Made by a program: the position numbers and the translations under genes. Below, one piece after another: positions 28,767-40,664 of a stretch of DNA of 64,000 bases; the first letter of the stretch is position 1, and every line of letters starts with the position of its first letter. Under the pieces are notes generated by a model. That model had not been told where the DNA came from. It worked only from the letters and a program-made list of their open reading frames with translations, and did no database searches. Source of the stretch: Oopsacas minuta (Eukaryota; Animalia; Porifera); assembly GCA_024704765.1 (NCBI GenBank), contig JAKMXF010000005.1, positions 1 through 64,000 of the forward strand, read 5' to 3'.

Positions 28767-29310
28767 ACTGGATGAGTTAAAATCAAATTGGTTGGAACTT
28801 AATGATGCTTACCATTCTCAAGAATCTAAAGTATCTCAATTACTAGCTCTTTTAATATATTTTCGTGATGTAGAGCAATGCGAAAATTGGATATCATTAA
28901 AGAATACCTTTATTTCAAACATTGAATCCGATGTTTCATTAGATGGTGTTCATCTTATCTTGCGAAACGTTAATGAACTATCTGACAGTCTGCTTATACA
29001 AGATGATAAAGTTTCAGGATTACAGGAATCAGCAACGACATTAATCCAATCCCGTCATTATGCTTCTGCTGTAATAGCTGAAAAACGAGTTGATATTCTT
29101 CAAAAATGGAAAGGTTTGAAAGCGTTAGTCTCAGATAAACGTGAAGATGTTGTTTATATGTATTCTTTGCATCAATTCCTCCTGGACGCTGCTGATATTG
29201 AGGGTTGGATATCAGAGAAATGTGAAACTTGTGTATCTGATTCGTTTAAAACATCAACTTATACTTCAATCGAGCACTTTTGTAACAGGCAGGAAACATC
29301 TAAGGCAGAG
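28767..29310 (+). CDS. SPTAN1: Alpha-spectrin internal exon (directly follows 24830-25227)
   Basis: Acceptor tatatag|A completes codon AG|A from 25227; donor GAG|gtatga. FRDVEQCENW...QDDKVSGLQESATTLIQSRHYA...LHQFLLDAADIEGWISEK matches FHRDCEQAENW...QEEKIAALQ...LQQFSRDVDEIEAWISEK. Confidence 0.9.
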
Positions 29311-31859
29311 GTATGAAAAACTTTATTGCATTGGAACCGCTTTCTTTGGACAGCTCGAGAGTAATGCTGTTCCGATTATAGATGTATGATGTATATACTT
29401 GTAGTTCTCGTCGTCCGTATTTTGACTATTCTCATAGAATATTTTTTGTCTTATTTATATGTACGCAACTCCTTCCTGCGACAAAGCAGTGGCTTCGTTA
29501 CGCACATAAGCAGTTCGATAGAGAAATAATCACAATTGTTGAATTACTAATTGACCTTTTTACTGTGCCGACTATGCTTTAGTACAATGATGCCCAACTG
29601 TCGGACCACGGTCCAGATCCGGAACTTTCTTCAATCTAGTCCGGACCGCAAGCTTGGGATTGGATTCATCCATACTTCTTTCAAAATTCTGATTATATAC
29701 CAAATAAATTCTATGTATTTACTCTTCGAGATATTTTTGCCATATTTATATACTATTTCATTTAGATAGAGACTTAACTTACACTGATTTATTTCATTAT
29801 TTATTATTCCAAGTAATACTTATTGACTTGTATGCGCTTTTAGCATTAGATTCATAGTAGGAAATTTTGTAGTATATTTCAGATTCATATAAGTGATTAA
29901 TTCAGGGAATTTTATGTTGTGGACTGCTGATCTTTTTTGTATAAATATATGGACCTTGACTGAAATCCTATGGGCATCTATGCTTTAGTATATGTTTGAG
30001 TATTGATTTTAGTGATTATTTTGTATTTTTGTTGCTTTTTTCCGTATCCGCTCTACAGCCTACACCGATGAAAATTAAGGGCTGAATGGGTTCAGACTTT
30101 TGTATATTTTACCTCTGTATACGATTTTCGATCTAATAGATTTTGCCACTTTTTGTGCCACGTTAAAATTAGTGTATAGGGTTTATGGATTGTTAAATAC
30201 TAGGAGCAAAATCATAGAAGCAGGTTATTAACAATAGAGGATAATACTAATGTTATTTATTTAATCTTATTACTACATATTGGATTGGCTTGATTCAATA
30301 ATTTAGAATAAGCGTAACCAGTGGCGTAGACAAGGTGACTTTAGCATTATTGTTAGACAATCACAACATTCGTTTATGGACATTCAAGGGATTAGAATTA
30401 CATTAATAAATATTCATATCCTATATATTTACTACACAATGGATGTAATGTTGGTTAAATTGTTGGGGAGGTAAATAGTATTGAATTCACATGAAATCAT
30501 TTTGGTGAATATGTCGCCACCTCACTTTTATTGCTGCCTACGCCTCTGGTCGTCAGCCACATGAAACTTAAAACAGGAATAACTCAATAACGATAGTAGT
30601 TCCGACTATACTTACAATTGAAGAAGTGTAGTAGGTGTTAGGATGGACACACTGACCACACTAATCACGACGTTACCAAAGTTGGAGTGATGATTACAAA
30701 GCAAATTTTGAAAAACCTTTACAATATTTGCATATTTTTCTCAGTTAATATGAGGTCATGGATTAGTAGAACTCTTATAACTCCATTTTAATATGAGAGT
30801 GCAATAGATTTTCATAGCCTTCTAGTATTTCCATGATTGTTGATTTTGGGACAAGGATGCACCTATTGACCCAACTGAAGTTAAGTAATTGTCACCTATT
30901 TGTTAGCATCATCATTACCAGGCATAATAACGTATTCTAGGGTTTATTTTTCGTATTCCACCGGAATTTTGTCTTAATATGTTGGAATAGTAATAAATTG
31001 GATCTTAATACAGACTATGATCAATAAACGATACTTAACTTGAAACATATTGACATTAAACACAAATCAATCCATGGTAGGTAAGAGCAACTCCTTATCT
31101 AGTGCCAACTTTGAGATTCAACCTCACCTATCTATATTATTAAATCGCAATAAATTTGTACATACAGGCTGACTTTTTGCATTCAAGGGTATTTTGGAAC
31201 TAGCCTTGACAATTTTCAAGTCTTGAACGAAAATTCATGCCTATGACCATAGGCGTCGATCGTGACGGGGCCGGCCCCGCCGGCCCCCTCAGTATTTGCA
31301 ACTGGTGGGGCCTAACCCACCTGGCCCCCGTCAGGTTTTGGTCTATCAGACTTCGGAAGTTTGAATTATATTTGTCAGGGTTGATTCATTTAACACGGAA
31401 GCAATTAATTATTAATACAGTTTTCACGCTTTTCTATAACACCGATTATTTTGAAATTCAGAATCCTGACCCAAGTTCCATGACTAGAGGTGTTCACTAT
31501 TTGGAGGTTTAACTGTGCTTACATTTTCCACGGAAGCCATTAATTATATATTTTTTCATTTAGCAAGGAAGCCACTAGCCCTAGTCAAAGTAATTACACT
31601 CCCTGGCCAAAAGTACTTGAACACTTTTGAACCACTTGTGGTACAAGAGGACATAGTAAAATGCTTGGACCACTTACCATGGTTCTTGAATTATAGAGAG
31701 TATATTGTTACTACTACTAATGGATCATTTAAATTTATAATTTCATAATTGCTTCTTATAGTTTATGCTTTTGTTAAGTTTTGTTGGCTAAATTTAAATG
31801 TTTAAGATTTATTATACTAGACGCACTATGTATGATTATGAATTTCGATGTAATGAACC

Positions 31860-32460
31860 CCGAAACCTCGTGAACCTGGTCCCGTTAGCTTTATTCCGAA
31901 ATCTGAAAAGTTCGACGCCTATGCCTATGACGAAATTATGACTTCATTACCACTTTTGGGATTTACGAAAAATCACATTATTCACCACTACTCAGCTAAT
32001 ATTTATCCTATATTATTGAAAGTTGAATCACAGGTACCCCATAATATGCCAAACGTTCTGACATCATCACTTTGCATAATTGCAAACTCACTATGAATTA
32101 TTCTGTCATCGTGACTCTACTAAATTTGAAAATTTTCAATTTTCTAGATGTTCTGGCATTTCTTAATTCATGATGTTCTAAGGCCGAGATTTCTAGCCAC
32201 AAGCCACGCAATAACTCCAACATTACCACAGAAGGCCATTACATTAAATTTAGACCATGGATGATAAAAATTTATATTTCCATAAAAATTCACCTCGAGC
32301 CACGTGGTGCTCAGTAGATTTCGTCGCGTAGCGACACCAAGTCTCTGATGAATGTAGCTGTTATATGTTAAAACCACGGACAATGATTAAGAATACTTCC
32401 GCCCGTCCTGCAGCTTCCTAGCAAGCGAAGTGCGCTTATATATGTTTATTATAAGTGCTT
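31860..32460. repeat. Copy of a dispersed repeat family (also ~13900-14170, 46007-46136 and 51473-52070)
   Basis: Shared blocks ACGAAATTATGAC, CACAGGTACC, ACCACA(G/A)AAGGCCAT, CTCGAG(C/G)CACGT and TCCGCCCGT...TAGCAAGCGAAG. 46007-46136 is a near-exact inverse of 51473-51602. Confidence 0.6.
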
Positions 32461-33099
32461 TTCTTTCAGAAATTGCCTGCGTAAGTTAGCTGTAAGTTTG
32501 CCATCAAGGTCGCCCTAACGTTTCCATTCATCTTACGAATATTCCACACACAAATTGTACATTGAAACGAAATTTTAACCTCCTTTACATGAGAGTAACT
32601 ACCATTACTTTGTATCTTGCTTATACGTGAAGTGAGTAATAATGACATAGCAAATTTTGAGATTTCTAAACAAAATTGAATGTTTTGTAACCACTTCACA
32701 ATAAATTGTGAGCGTAGCTTTCAACAACTTGAAAATTTCTATCTCTTCTGACATCTAAGTCTATTCAGTAATATTTTTAATGTGGCAGTATTAATTAGGA
32801 GAACTATAAAATGTTAAATTCAACCAAGTACATGTAATATAATTCCTAGTTCCAATTTGAACAAATAAAATTACTAGACTAAGCTGTCGGCACGCCAACT
32901 CACTACATCAATATATTTCCAGTTTTGATGATTTTATAGGCTAGTTGCCAGAGGGTGATAATTGAGTCTTTCAAGGAAGTTCTTATGATTGTTTCTTGAT
33001 CTCTAGCATATTCTGATCCAGTATTCACGGGGTGCCTTGGTGGAAACTTGATAATTATGAATATTTACATAAACCTACGGCGTATATCCCGTTTATTTG

Positions 33100-33480
33100 C
33101 GAACTGCAATTTTTGTTTGAGACTATATCAAAGCTAGGACAAGTGCCATTCATATTGGTAAGGAGCTAATAGAATAAGAAAAAACTTGCCCTGTTGGGAT
33201 ACAGGGAAATTTTATTATAGCTGGACTCTGCCCTTTTGGATAATTCATATATAATGACGTTATTATGTCTTATTGGCCACTTAATAGGGCTTTAATTCCA
33301 CTAGAGTCGAAAGAGAGGTTACTCGATGTGTTTAGGGCACATTTTGTTTTTGGAATGTTGCCACATTCCTGAACCTTGCGATGGAGAAACTTTTCCCAAA
33401 TACTATCATGTGACCACTCAAACAAACAGGAATTTTACACTGATTACAAAAATCAATATGAAAATTTTGTTAGAAATATA
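33100..33480 (+). repeat. Diverged copy of the repeat at ~21110-21460
   Basis: Collinear blocks TTGTTTGAGACTAT, TATAGCT(C)GGACTCT and GATGTGTTTAGGGCACATTT...TTTGGAATGTTGCCA. Confidence 0.65.
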
Positions 33481-34823
33481 TATGGAATTTTTATTGGATT
33501 ATGCCTATTTTAGCTCCAAAATGTTTTATATGTGTTAAATTATTGATTTTATTCTGACTGTGAATCTAATTTATTTTTCATTTTGATTACGTGATCACAA
33601 ATTTACGAATTAGGGCTTTAGGTGAATGAAAACTGAGCGTAGTAGCGTGCTCCGAATAACCTGTAGAACTCTGTGAAAGAGGGGTATGATATGTTAAGGA
33701 GGTAGATTTGAGGTTGACCCAATAGAAAACTCTTGAAACAAATCTGAAGTCAGTGAATAAATATTACTAGGATAACAATTGTTCCTAAAATCAAGCAAAT
33801 TAATCTGAAAATGAACAAATAACTCCATTGCTCGGAAATAGACATTGGTACAATATGTAGGGGTATGTAATTTTGTATCTTTATCAGAGATATCAAATAC
33901 ACAAATGACAAAAGTCCATCATTTCTAATTGTACGTATTTATTGTTACAACACTCATACGAATCCGGATGAATTGTTTGTTCAGGTTTGTTAATGTTGAA
34001 AATTTGATCAAATAGACTATAGATGACGTAAAATTACTTGAATATCACAAGAAAAGACGTGAAGTTTCCCTGTGGACAAGGGGTGGACGTTTATGGCTAT
34101 ATGTCAACTTGTACAGAAATCTGTGGTAGATATGTGCAGTGCTTTGAGCCTGAACAATTTGGTCATTGGATATCTTCGGGATATAGACATGTAGAAGAAT
34201 AACACAAATTTGGATTCTTATTATACTCTCCGTTGATTCAATAAAATAACAGCGCTCGACAAAATTGAAATTCTGTGGTGCCTTGCTTGGCCACCAACTC
34301 GCATAGTTATAAAATTATGAAAATCTTTGGTGGGTTAAGGTAAAATACTAGCAGCTATTGTCACCAAACCACAGGATTTGTAGAGTATTGTAAAATATAT
34401 TCATTTGTAATATAATAATGATATATTATAATACTAGATGAGTTCCATCGCTGGGTCCTTCTCTTCTGGAAAGGTTGACCTATTTGTCGAGATCAATAAT
34501 TTGAACCTCTATATATTTACACCTAGCGTGACAAGTAGTTTGGAGCATAATATTCTCTTGCTTACCTACAGGTCCCAATAAGCATTCTACTATGGATAAA
34601 CGAATTCGATTACCAGGACTTTCGATAATACAGTGCTATCTTGATTCGACTCATGAATTCTTGATTCTGATCAAAATATTCTTGAGCCTTAATAGTACAA
34701 TCGGTAGAGGGCTAATACTGAGTTGTCGTCGAAGGAACGTTATATGATGGTTTCTTGATCTCAAACAATCCCCCGTGGCCAGAGCTTGCAAACCTAGCAA
34801 TTGTATTATTTAAATAGACCTGT

Positions 34824-35086
34824 GCATAGATTAGTGAGGCACGTAGAATATTGAGGCACTGTATACATAGACCATGGATGAATATCTACTGTAGAATATT
34901 GAGGCACGGTAACAGAGGGAGAAACCATATACAGAATATGTAGTTGTCATCATGCTGTTTTCTTTTATTAATAGTATTTACGTATTTCAATCATGACTTG
35001 AAAATATACTTGTTTTTGACAACACATACGTGTACAGTGAAACCTCATTAATTATTATTACAAACGCGGTCAATACGAATCTCCTG
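34824..35086. mobile_element. Left half of the TIR element whose right half is at 20742-21062
   Basis: GCATAGATTAGTGAGGCACGTAGAATATTGAGGCAC... runs to N35087. AGACCT flanks both outer ends (34816-34821 and 21066-21071). Confidence 0.75.
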
Positions 35087-35087
35087 N

Positions 35088-35451
35088 CCTGCTATTTTAA
35101 AACACGCAAGAAGGATAGCTAGTTTATTTGGAAGCACTTACACTTGCGAGGCATTTTTCTCTAAAATGAAATATATCAAGAACAAATATAGAACTAATTT
35201 GACTGATGACCACCTCCTAGACGTTCTTCGTATTTCATCGACTGATATGAAACCTAATATAGATGGCATCTTAATACAACAACAAAAACAGTAACAACCT
35301 TCACATTAATATTTTGCTCTGATAAATTACTCATAATAATACAGTACTATATTAATATATAGAATACATGATCCTTAACTTTTAATGCTGCTCGCCAATC
35401 TAATACGAAACTAATATTTGGCTCATAGAAGAAAAAGGTTGAAGACCCCTG
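35088..35451 (+). mobile_element. 3' end of a hAT (Buster/SPIN-like) element
   Basis: RIASLFGSTYTCEAFFSKMKYIKNKYRTNLTDDHL (hAT dimerisation domain). TIR AGGTTGAAGACCCCTG followed by GTGAAGCG. Confidence 0.9.
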
Positions 35452-35690
35452 GTGAAGCGAATAACTCCAACATCCAAGGCTTCTCAGCCTTCGTAGGGTG
35501 GCTGAATCAAGTGAAGAGCCGACATGGAATTCATGGGAGGCTTACTAGTGAGGCAACATCTGTCAAATGGTAGTAGTGACCATTGGATGGAATTGATTCC
35601 AAAGGTGATAAAGGATACAACCCGAAAGATCTATGTGATTGTGATTAGACTGGTACCTACTACAACAGTCTACTTCAAAGTACCTGGTGT
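35452..35690 (+). pseudogene. Tigger/pogo transposase fragment (continuation of 41545-41853)
   Basis: FSAFVGWLNQVKSRHGI...EATSV...WMELIPKVIKGYNPKDLCDCD*TGTYY matches the consensus ASxGWLxxFKxRHGI...GEA...GYxPxDIFNxDETGL. Confidence 0.75.
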
Positions 35691-35759
35691 TGAGTATATT
35701 TTATGTATTAAACTTGTATATTTACCATTTTGAACAATTTTGGTGGTTTAATCTTTGAT

Positions 35760-36528
35760 ATATCATCTTCATATCAATAACCTGAGTTGCTCCACAAACT
35801 CTCTAGCTATTAAAGAATCAATGAGGTATATTCAATCCTTTATTTATGAAAAATTGGGGAATGAGTGCAAAAGTACCTATCTTTTGATTATAGATTCATT
35901 CCCTGGGCAAGTATCACACCAAGCACAAAATATTGGCCCACTCAGAGGAGTTATTCGAGAGTCCAATGCTGGATTCGGCTTAAAGGATTTCGTGAAGAAG
36001 CTACAGAATCTTGCAACAAACTTTTCCAAAATATCGGAAAATTTGGCAAGGAAATATTGCTTCGAGACTAATCTTATGGATCTTTTCGTGAGATTATCCT
36101 CCCAGAGTGATGTATTTCTGTAACTTTCGGCGAATTTTAACTTGTAAAATATGTGGTCAATCTGGTCTCTCATCGAGATCCAAACGCTGCAAATCAGATA
36201 ATATCTAACGTCCATCTAATATAGATGCTTTATTCGCTTCCTTAACCTTTTCCTCATAGTTGCTATACTTGTATATAGATAAATAGTGTTGTAGTCTTGT
36301 GTACACATGATTTTAGTTTATTGTTGAATCAGTTATTACCAACCCATATTTTTGAATAAATTTTATACACACCAATGACGTAATATCAAGAAAAATAGAC
36401 TTTTTAGAAGAAAATTAATACTCCCAATCAACTCGTAGGTATCGATAATCTATACGCAAATTATATATTATACAACGATAGGGCTCATAATGCCTATTCC
36501 TTACCAAATGCCGTTTGAAACCACTGTG
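35760..36528 (+). mobile_element. 3' fragment of a Transib (RAG1-core-like) transposon with right TIR ending CACTGTG
   Basis: Reading across frameshifts: FPWASITPS-HKILAHSEELIRESNAGFGLKGFREEATESCNKLF-KYRENLARKYCFETNLMDLFVRLSSQSDVFL* (ends 36123). The terminus at 36528 reads CACAGTGG on the minus strand. Confidence 0.75.
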
Positions 36529-38694
36529 GAACAAATTTTTTGAAAACATATTTTTTACGTACAAATATCTTCGATAATTTGGCGATCGAAATGGTTAATC
36601 GGGATTTCTTATCCCGATTAACTAATATTTTGAAATTTTTTAACGCTCATATTCTGGACTTCTATCCATATAACCTGAATATTTCTATAATTATAATTGT
36701 TAATTTGGATTTCAATCCCATTATTGCGATTCTAGTTATCGTATCAACAATTTTTATTGAATCGAGATATAAATTCAGGATCACTTGTATGTTTTTTGTT
36801 TCTCTAATAAGGAATTTACATTGTATATGCAACCTTAACTTTTAAATGTATACTAAACGACTCATCTTTGCTAGACCCTATTGCCATGATATTGTAGTGG
36901 TGATTAAGATATTTCTGGTCACGAGATCACGAAAAGATAATTTTGAATGCTTAAATAATCATGATTAGTTAATCGGGACAATCGGTTAACCGAGACAAAA
37001 CTGTGACTCCTCAGCTGTCCTGATTACCGACTTCTACTTTAACAATTATTTAATTTTTTTGATTTATGAAACGCCCTATCTTGGGACAACACCAGGCAAT
37101 TTACAATTCTGGAAACAGTACAGAGGCCAGTACAAGAAAATAGAATACATCAGATCAAATATATACAACAAAATTATTATAAATATAGATAATTTATATA
37201 TAAAACTGATTTCAAGAGATAGGTCTTCAAACGTATTTTGAAACTTTGAACATTTGTAGCATTCTTAATATATAATGGAAGCTTTTCCCATTCCCTAGGA
37301 GGCTTGACAATTGACCGATTATGACCGTTTGAAGTTGCTAATCACCAAAATTATTTATGTCCCCAACACTAATCGATCATAACTCGGTCAGGCAATGTTA
37401 AATAGAAACGCGTGACGAATTACGCCCTCTACCATTGGTTTCCCGATCAAAATCTTTTTGGCTAATAATAGTGCTCACACTGACCATGGTTTGGTATTTT
37501 CCAAAACTTGACTTCAAAAATTTCGAAATTGGGCCTTGAGACCAAAAATGTATGAATAATGCATAATTTAGCCGAGTTTGTGATACATTTGCAAATTGGA
37601 TGTATTTGCTACGCTTTTAGGAATTTTTATTATTCGACTAATTTCTATTGGAAAAACATTAGGTAGCCTGAATATTGCACCAATAATTACCTTAAAATAC
37701 TTTTTGACAGGCGCTCCCCCTCTCTATAATTAGCACTACACCTCTGATAGTAATACATCTAAGACTACCCCACTGATGCTAATATATCCATTTGCCAGTA
37801 CACATACTGTCTACTCTATAAACATATTGCATAGTAGCTTGATTAGTGAGTGTACTGTGTAGTCAATAGCCCTATTGCCCAGTTATTTGTTTAGTACGCA
37901 TATTGACTAATCAATTTGGCAATTCGTTTAACTTATTAGCAATATATTTTTCTGGATTATGTAACGGTTTTGAAAGTATTTTCTTTTCAAATGATGTGCA
38001 ATTGTGGCATCTTTTTTTTATGGTAAATACCATAAAAGTTTGTATCCAATAGAATTGTCTCCTCTGGTATCGGTTCAGCTAGAAAGGGATGGTCCCAATC
38101 GTTAGTGATAGACGAGATATAGGTAAATTTGGAAGTATTTATCTTTCGAAGTTTTGGTTGTGTATACGACACGAGAAAAGGAATACTATTACTGACCCAC
38201 CAAAGTACCAATTCAAAACTGGACCTGTAGCGCTCAAAAACCGTAATACCTAGTCAGTACGCGTACTGACTGACTTCCGATTTGACCATAACATATTGGT
38301 GAATAGAAATGCAGTTTAGATATTTTATTAGGAGAGGATATACGTAAGCATTACCTACGTATATTTAGGAGGAATATGAGTGGATGTGAAGACAAGTTAT
38401 TTTAGACTACAAATTTAAAAATCAGTATTAGCACGATTTGCTTACTAATTGACGAACTTTAACTCATTAGGATTCGAAATCTACGTACTATATTTAGCGA
38501 ATATTACTACTATTTAGCAATTTTCTACTATAGGAACTCAATTGTACGAGATGTGAATCCATTTACACCCTCTCTGGATTTCCAAACTGTTGCTATTAAT
38601 TGAATTGTTGTTAGCCGGACGACCTCGAATGGTGTTTACTCAAATTTTTGATCATCCTAATATTATGTTGACCATTTGGACGATCGATGTCCTT

Positions 38695-39007
38695 CAGTGT
38701 TTCTCAACCTTTTTCAAACTGCAGTACATTCTTTTCATCTCTAATTTATCAAAGCACACCTGTCAAGGGTGAATTCAACTTTAGTTCAGCCACGTTGTCA
38801 ATATTGTTCGATTTATATTATATACTATAAGTGAATATTCTTGTTAAATTTCTAGTTTTTCTCTTGGCTAATTAATCTCCAGAACAAATACATGAATGCT
38901 GTATTGCTGTATATGCATATATTTGCACAAGCGATATTAATTTGGTGGCATACTTAAAAGTTCCGCGGCACTTAAGTGTGCCACGTCATATTGGAGAGAA
39001 CCCGCTG
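38695..39007. mobile_element. hAT (Charlie-type) MITE
   Basis: CAGTGTTTCTCAACCTTTTT left end and GGCACTTAAGTGTGCCACG...GAGAACCCGCTG right end. No clean TSD. Confidence 0.6.
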
Positions 39008-39581
39008 CTATACATAATGTATTCCTGAGGTATGGATGAAAAGTTAGTTGCCAAAATAGCTCACAATGTTATGGTACATGTATACTCTAATTTTCATTTG
39101 TTCCGTTAGGTCACTGAGAGTTAGAAGCATGATTTAGTTCCACCGCTTTCATCTGATTTCGCTACCGCACTAATGTTATCATTATTGTCATTCTATTACC
39201 ATATACTCAATGTAATTAAACTCCAAAAATGTGTATAAACTGGCTAGTAGTACAATCGATGTATCCTTTTCATAGTCGCAATGAACAAATTTTCCAGGTG
39301 TACTTCACAAAATGATGTGATAATGATAATGAACCGCCCGCCCGAATGTATCTTCAGGTGGATCTAAAATGGAGCTGATACAAGTTCTCACTATGTGTGG
39401 CCTTTTATTGTGACACATTACTTATATATAGCTAAGCTATAGTAAATTACAATTTTTGTAATACAAAAGTTTATACCCCCATTCGAAATGGTGACTTTTC
39501 TTAATCCGAAAAATGAGCTTTCATCGAAGATACTAGAAAAGCTAATACCAAAAAGCAGAACTATGGTATAGCTGGGCTATA

Positions 39582-39707
39582 CAGGGTGTTAAGAAATTGA
39601 TGTCACCTTTTTGAAATTAAATAGAGCCATAAATTAACTATTTGAATCGTGTTTTAGCTTCCAATTCTTATTCTACGTATTTGAAATAATAGAATTCCTG
39701 TAAATTC
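39582..39707 (+). mobile_element. Left end of the Tc1-like element ending at 23275
   Basis: TA|CAGGGTGTTAAGAAATTGATGTC, cut by N39708. Confidence 0.8.
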
Positions 39708-39708
39708 N

Positions 39709-39855
39709 GTACAAGTAGGACAAATTAGTGATTGAAATGATCCTGATCGAATATCTTGCAAATTCACTGTAGTTTAATATAGATGAGTTAAAATCTCACG
39801 GTGAAAGGCTGTCCCTGGTCTAATAATACTAATGAGTTGCAATCTCACGCAACAG
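39709..39855. repeat. 147-bp arm, inverse of 45859-46005
   Basis: Near-identical reverse complement (one substitution seen). Both arms abut an N at the same base. Confidence 0.9.
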
Positions 39856-40349
39856 TCCTATACCGATTTTAACTCATTCTCTGGACCCCATTCATTGATG
39901 GCAATACAAATTTTTTGATCCTGTGGACATGTATTCCTCCTAGCTTCACTAGTTTTCAATGGATCTCCGGGATTGGAATTCTGCTTAGTGATAACATAAT
40001 CTATATGAATTTGCATGAACATTGTCTGATAGTTTACTTTTCTCTCCATATTCTTTTCTATCAATCTTGATGTAAATTGAAAATGATCTCATGGTTGCCA
40101 ACCTGAGTGAAGAAAATTGCGTTACGGAACAAACATGATTAACTGAACATCGCGGGTCGCAGCAGAATTACGTCGAGATATTACTTATATTGACATTTAG
40201 TTTAAATCTGCTATGACTTAATACACTCTCTTAGTTCTCTTATACTTTCTCCACTGGAGTTACATAGTGTATATTTCTATGACTCGATTTTATTTGATTC
40301 TCAGAGCATGACCTCTATTTTTATTACTATTCCATTTTTTGTACATTAG

Positions 40350-40664
40350 GTATGGTCTTATGAATCACGTATTTTGCAAATTGCTGATCAGAAGGTTTTA
40401 TTGCCTCCTTCTATGGATACTAAAGACTTGGATACTTTATTGATTGAATGGGATCAACTATTAGGTGATATGGAACGACGTAAGCAATCTATTTCTGATA
40501 TATTAAATCTTCAAAAGTCATTTAGCGATATCAATGAGGCTATTTCTTGGATTAATGATATTGATATTTCAGCTACATCAGATAATTTTGGTAAAGATCT
40601 TGCTTCTGTCCAAATGCTATTAAGAGAGCATGAGATGGTTGAAAATACTAAGACAGCTATCCAG
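40350..40664 (+). CDS. SPTAN1: Alpha-spectrin internal exon (most 5' exon visible; splices to 24830)
   Basis: Acceptor gtacattag|GTA and donor CAG|gtgagc, phase 0/0. SYESRI...WDQL...QKSFSDINEAISWI...TSDNFGKDLASVQMLLREH best matches ANESRL...QRFHRDADETKEWI...TDNYGHDLASVQALQRKH, which lies just upstream of the SHP segment encoded at 24830. Confidence 0.88.

Noticed and set aside
20742-35086. Inverted repeats flanking exons 24830 and 28767 as drivers of back-splicing or trans-splicing
   Set aside because: They are better explained as the two halves of one TIR element separated by contig mis-ordering, since each half runs to an N.
38253-38270. 18-bp perfect palindrome GTCAGTACGCGTACTGAC (and a near-palindrome at ~17343-17370)
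   Set aside because: Isolated and short in a TE-rich background; probably MITE internal motifs with no supporting context.
28767-40664. Reading the 40350 exon as following the 28767 exon (29310>40350 is phase-compatible and collinear as assembled)
   Set aside because: The 40350 exon matches the DNYGHDLASVQ repeat better and joins 24830 with no gap. The split hAT, Tigger and Tc1 elements also place segment F before E and D.
10352-40664. Two or more tandem spectrin paralogues
   Set aside because: The exons are non-overlapping consecutive parts of one protein with matching splice phases; no region is represented twice.
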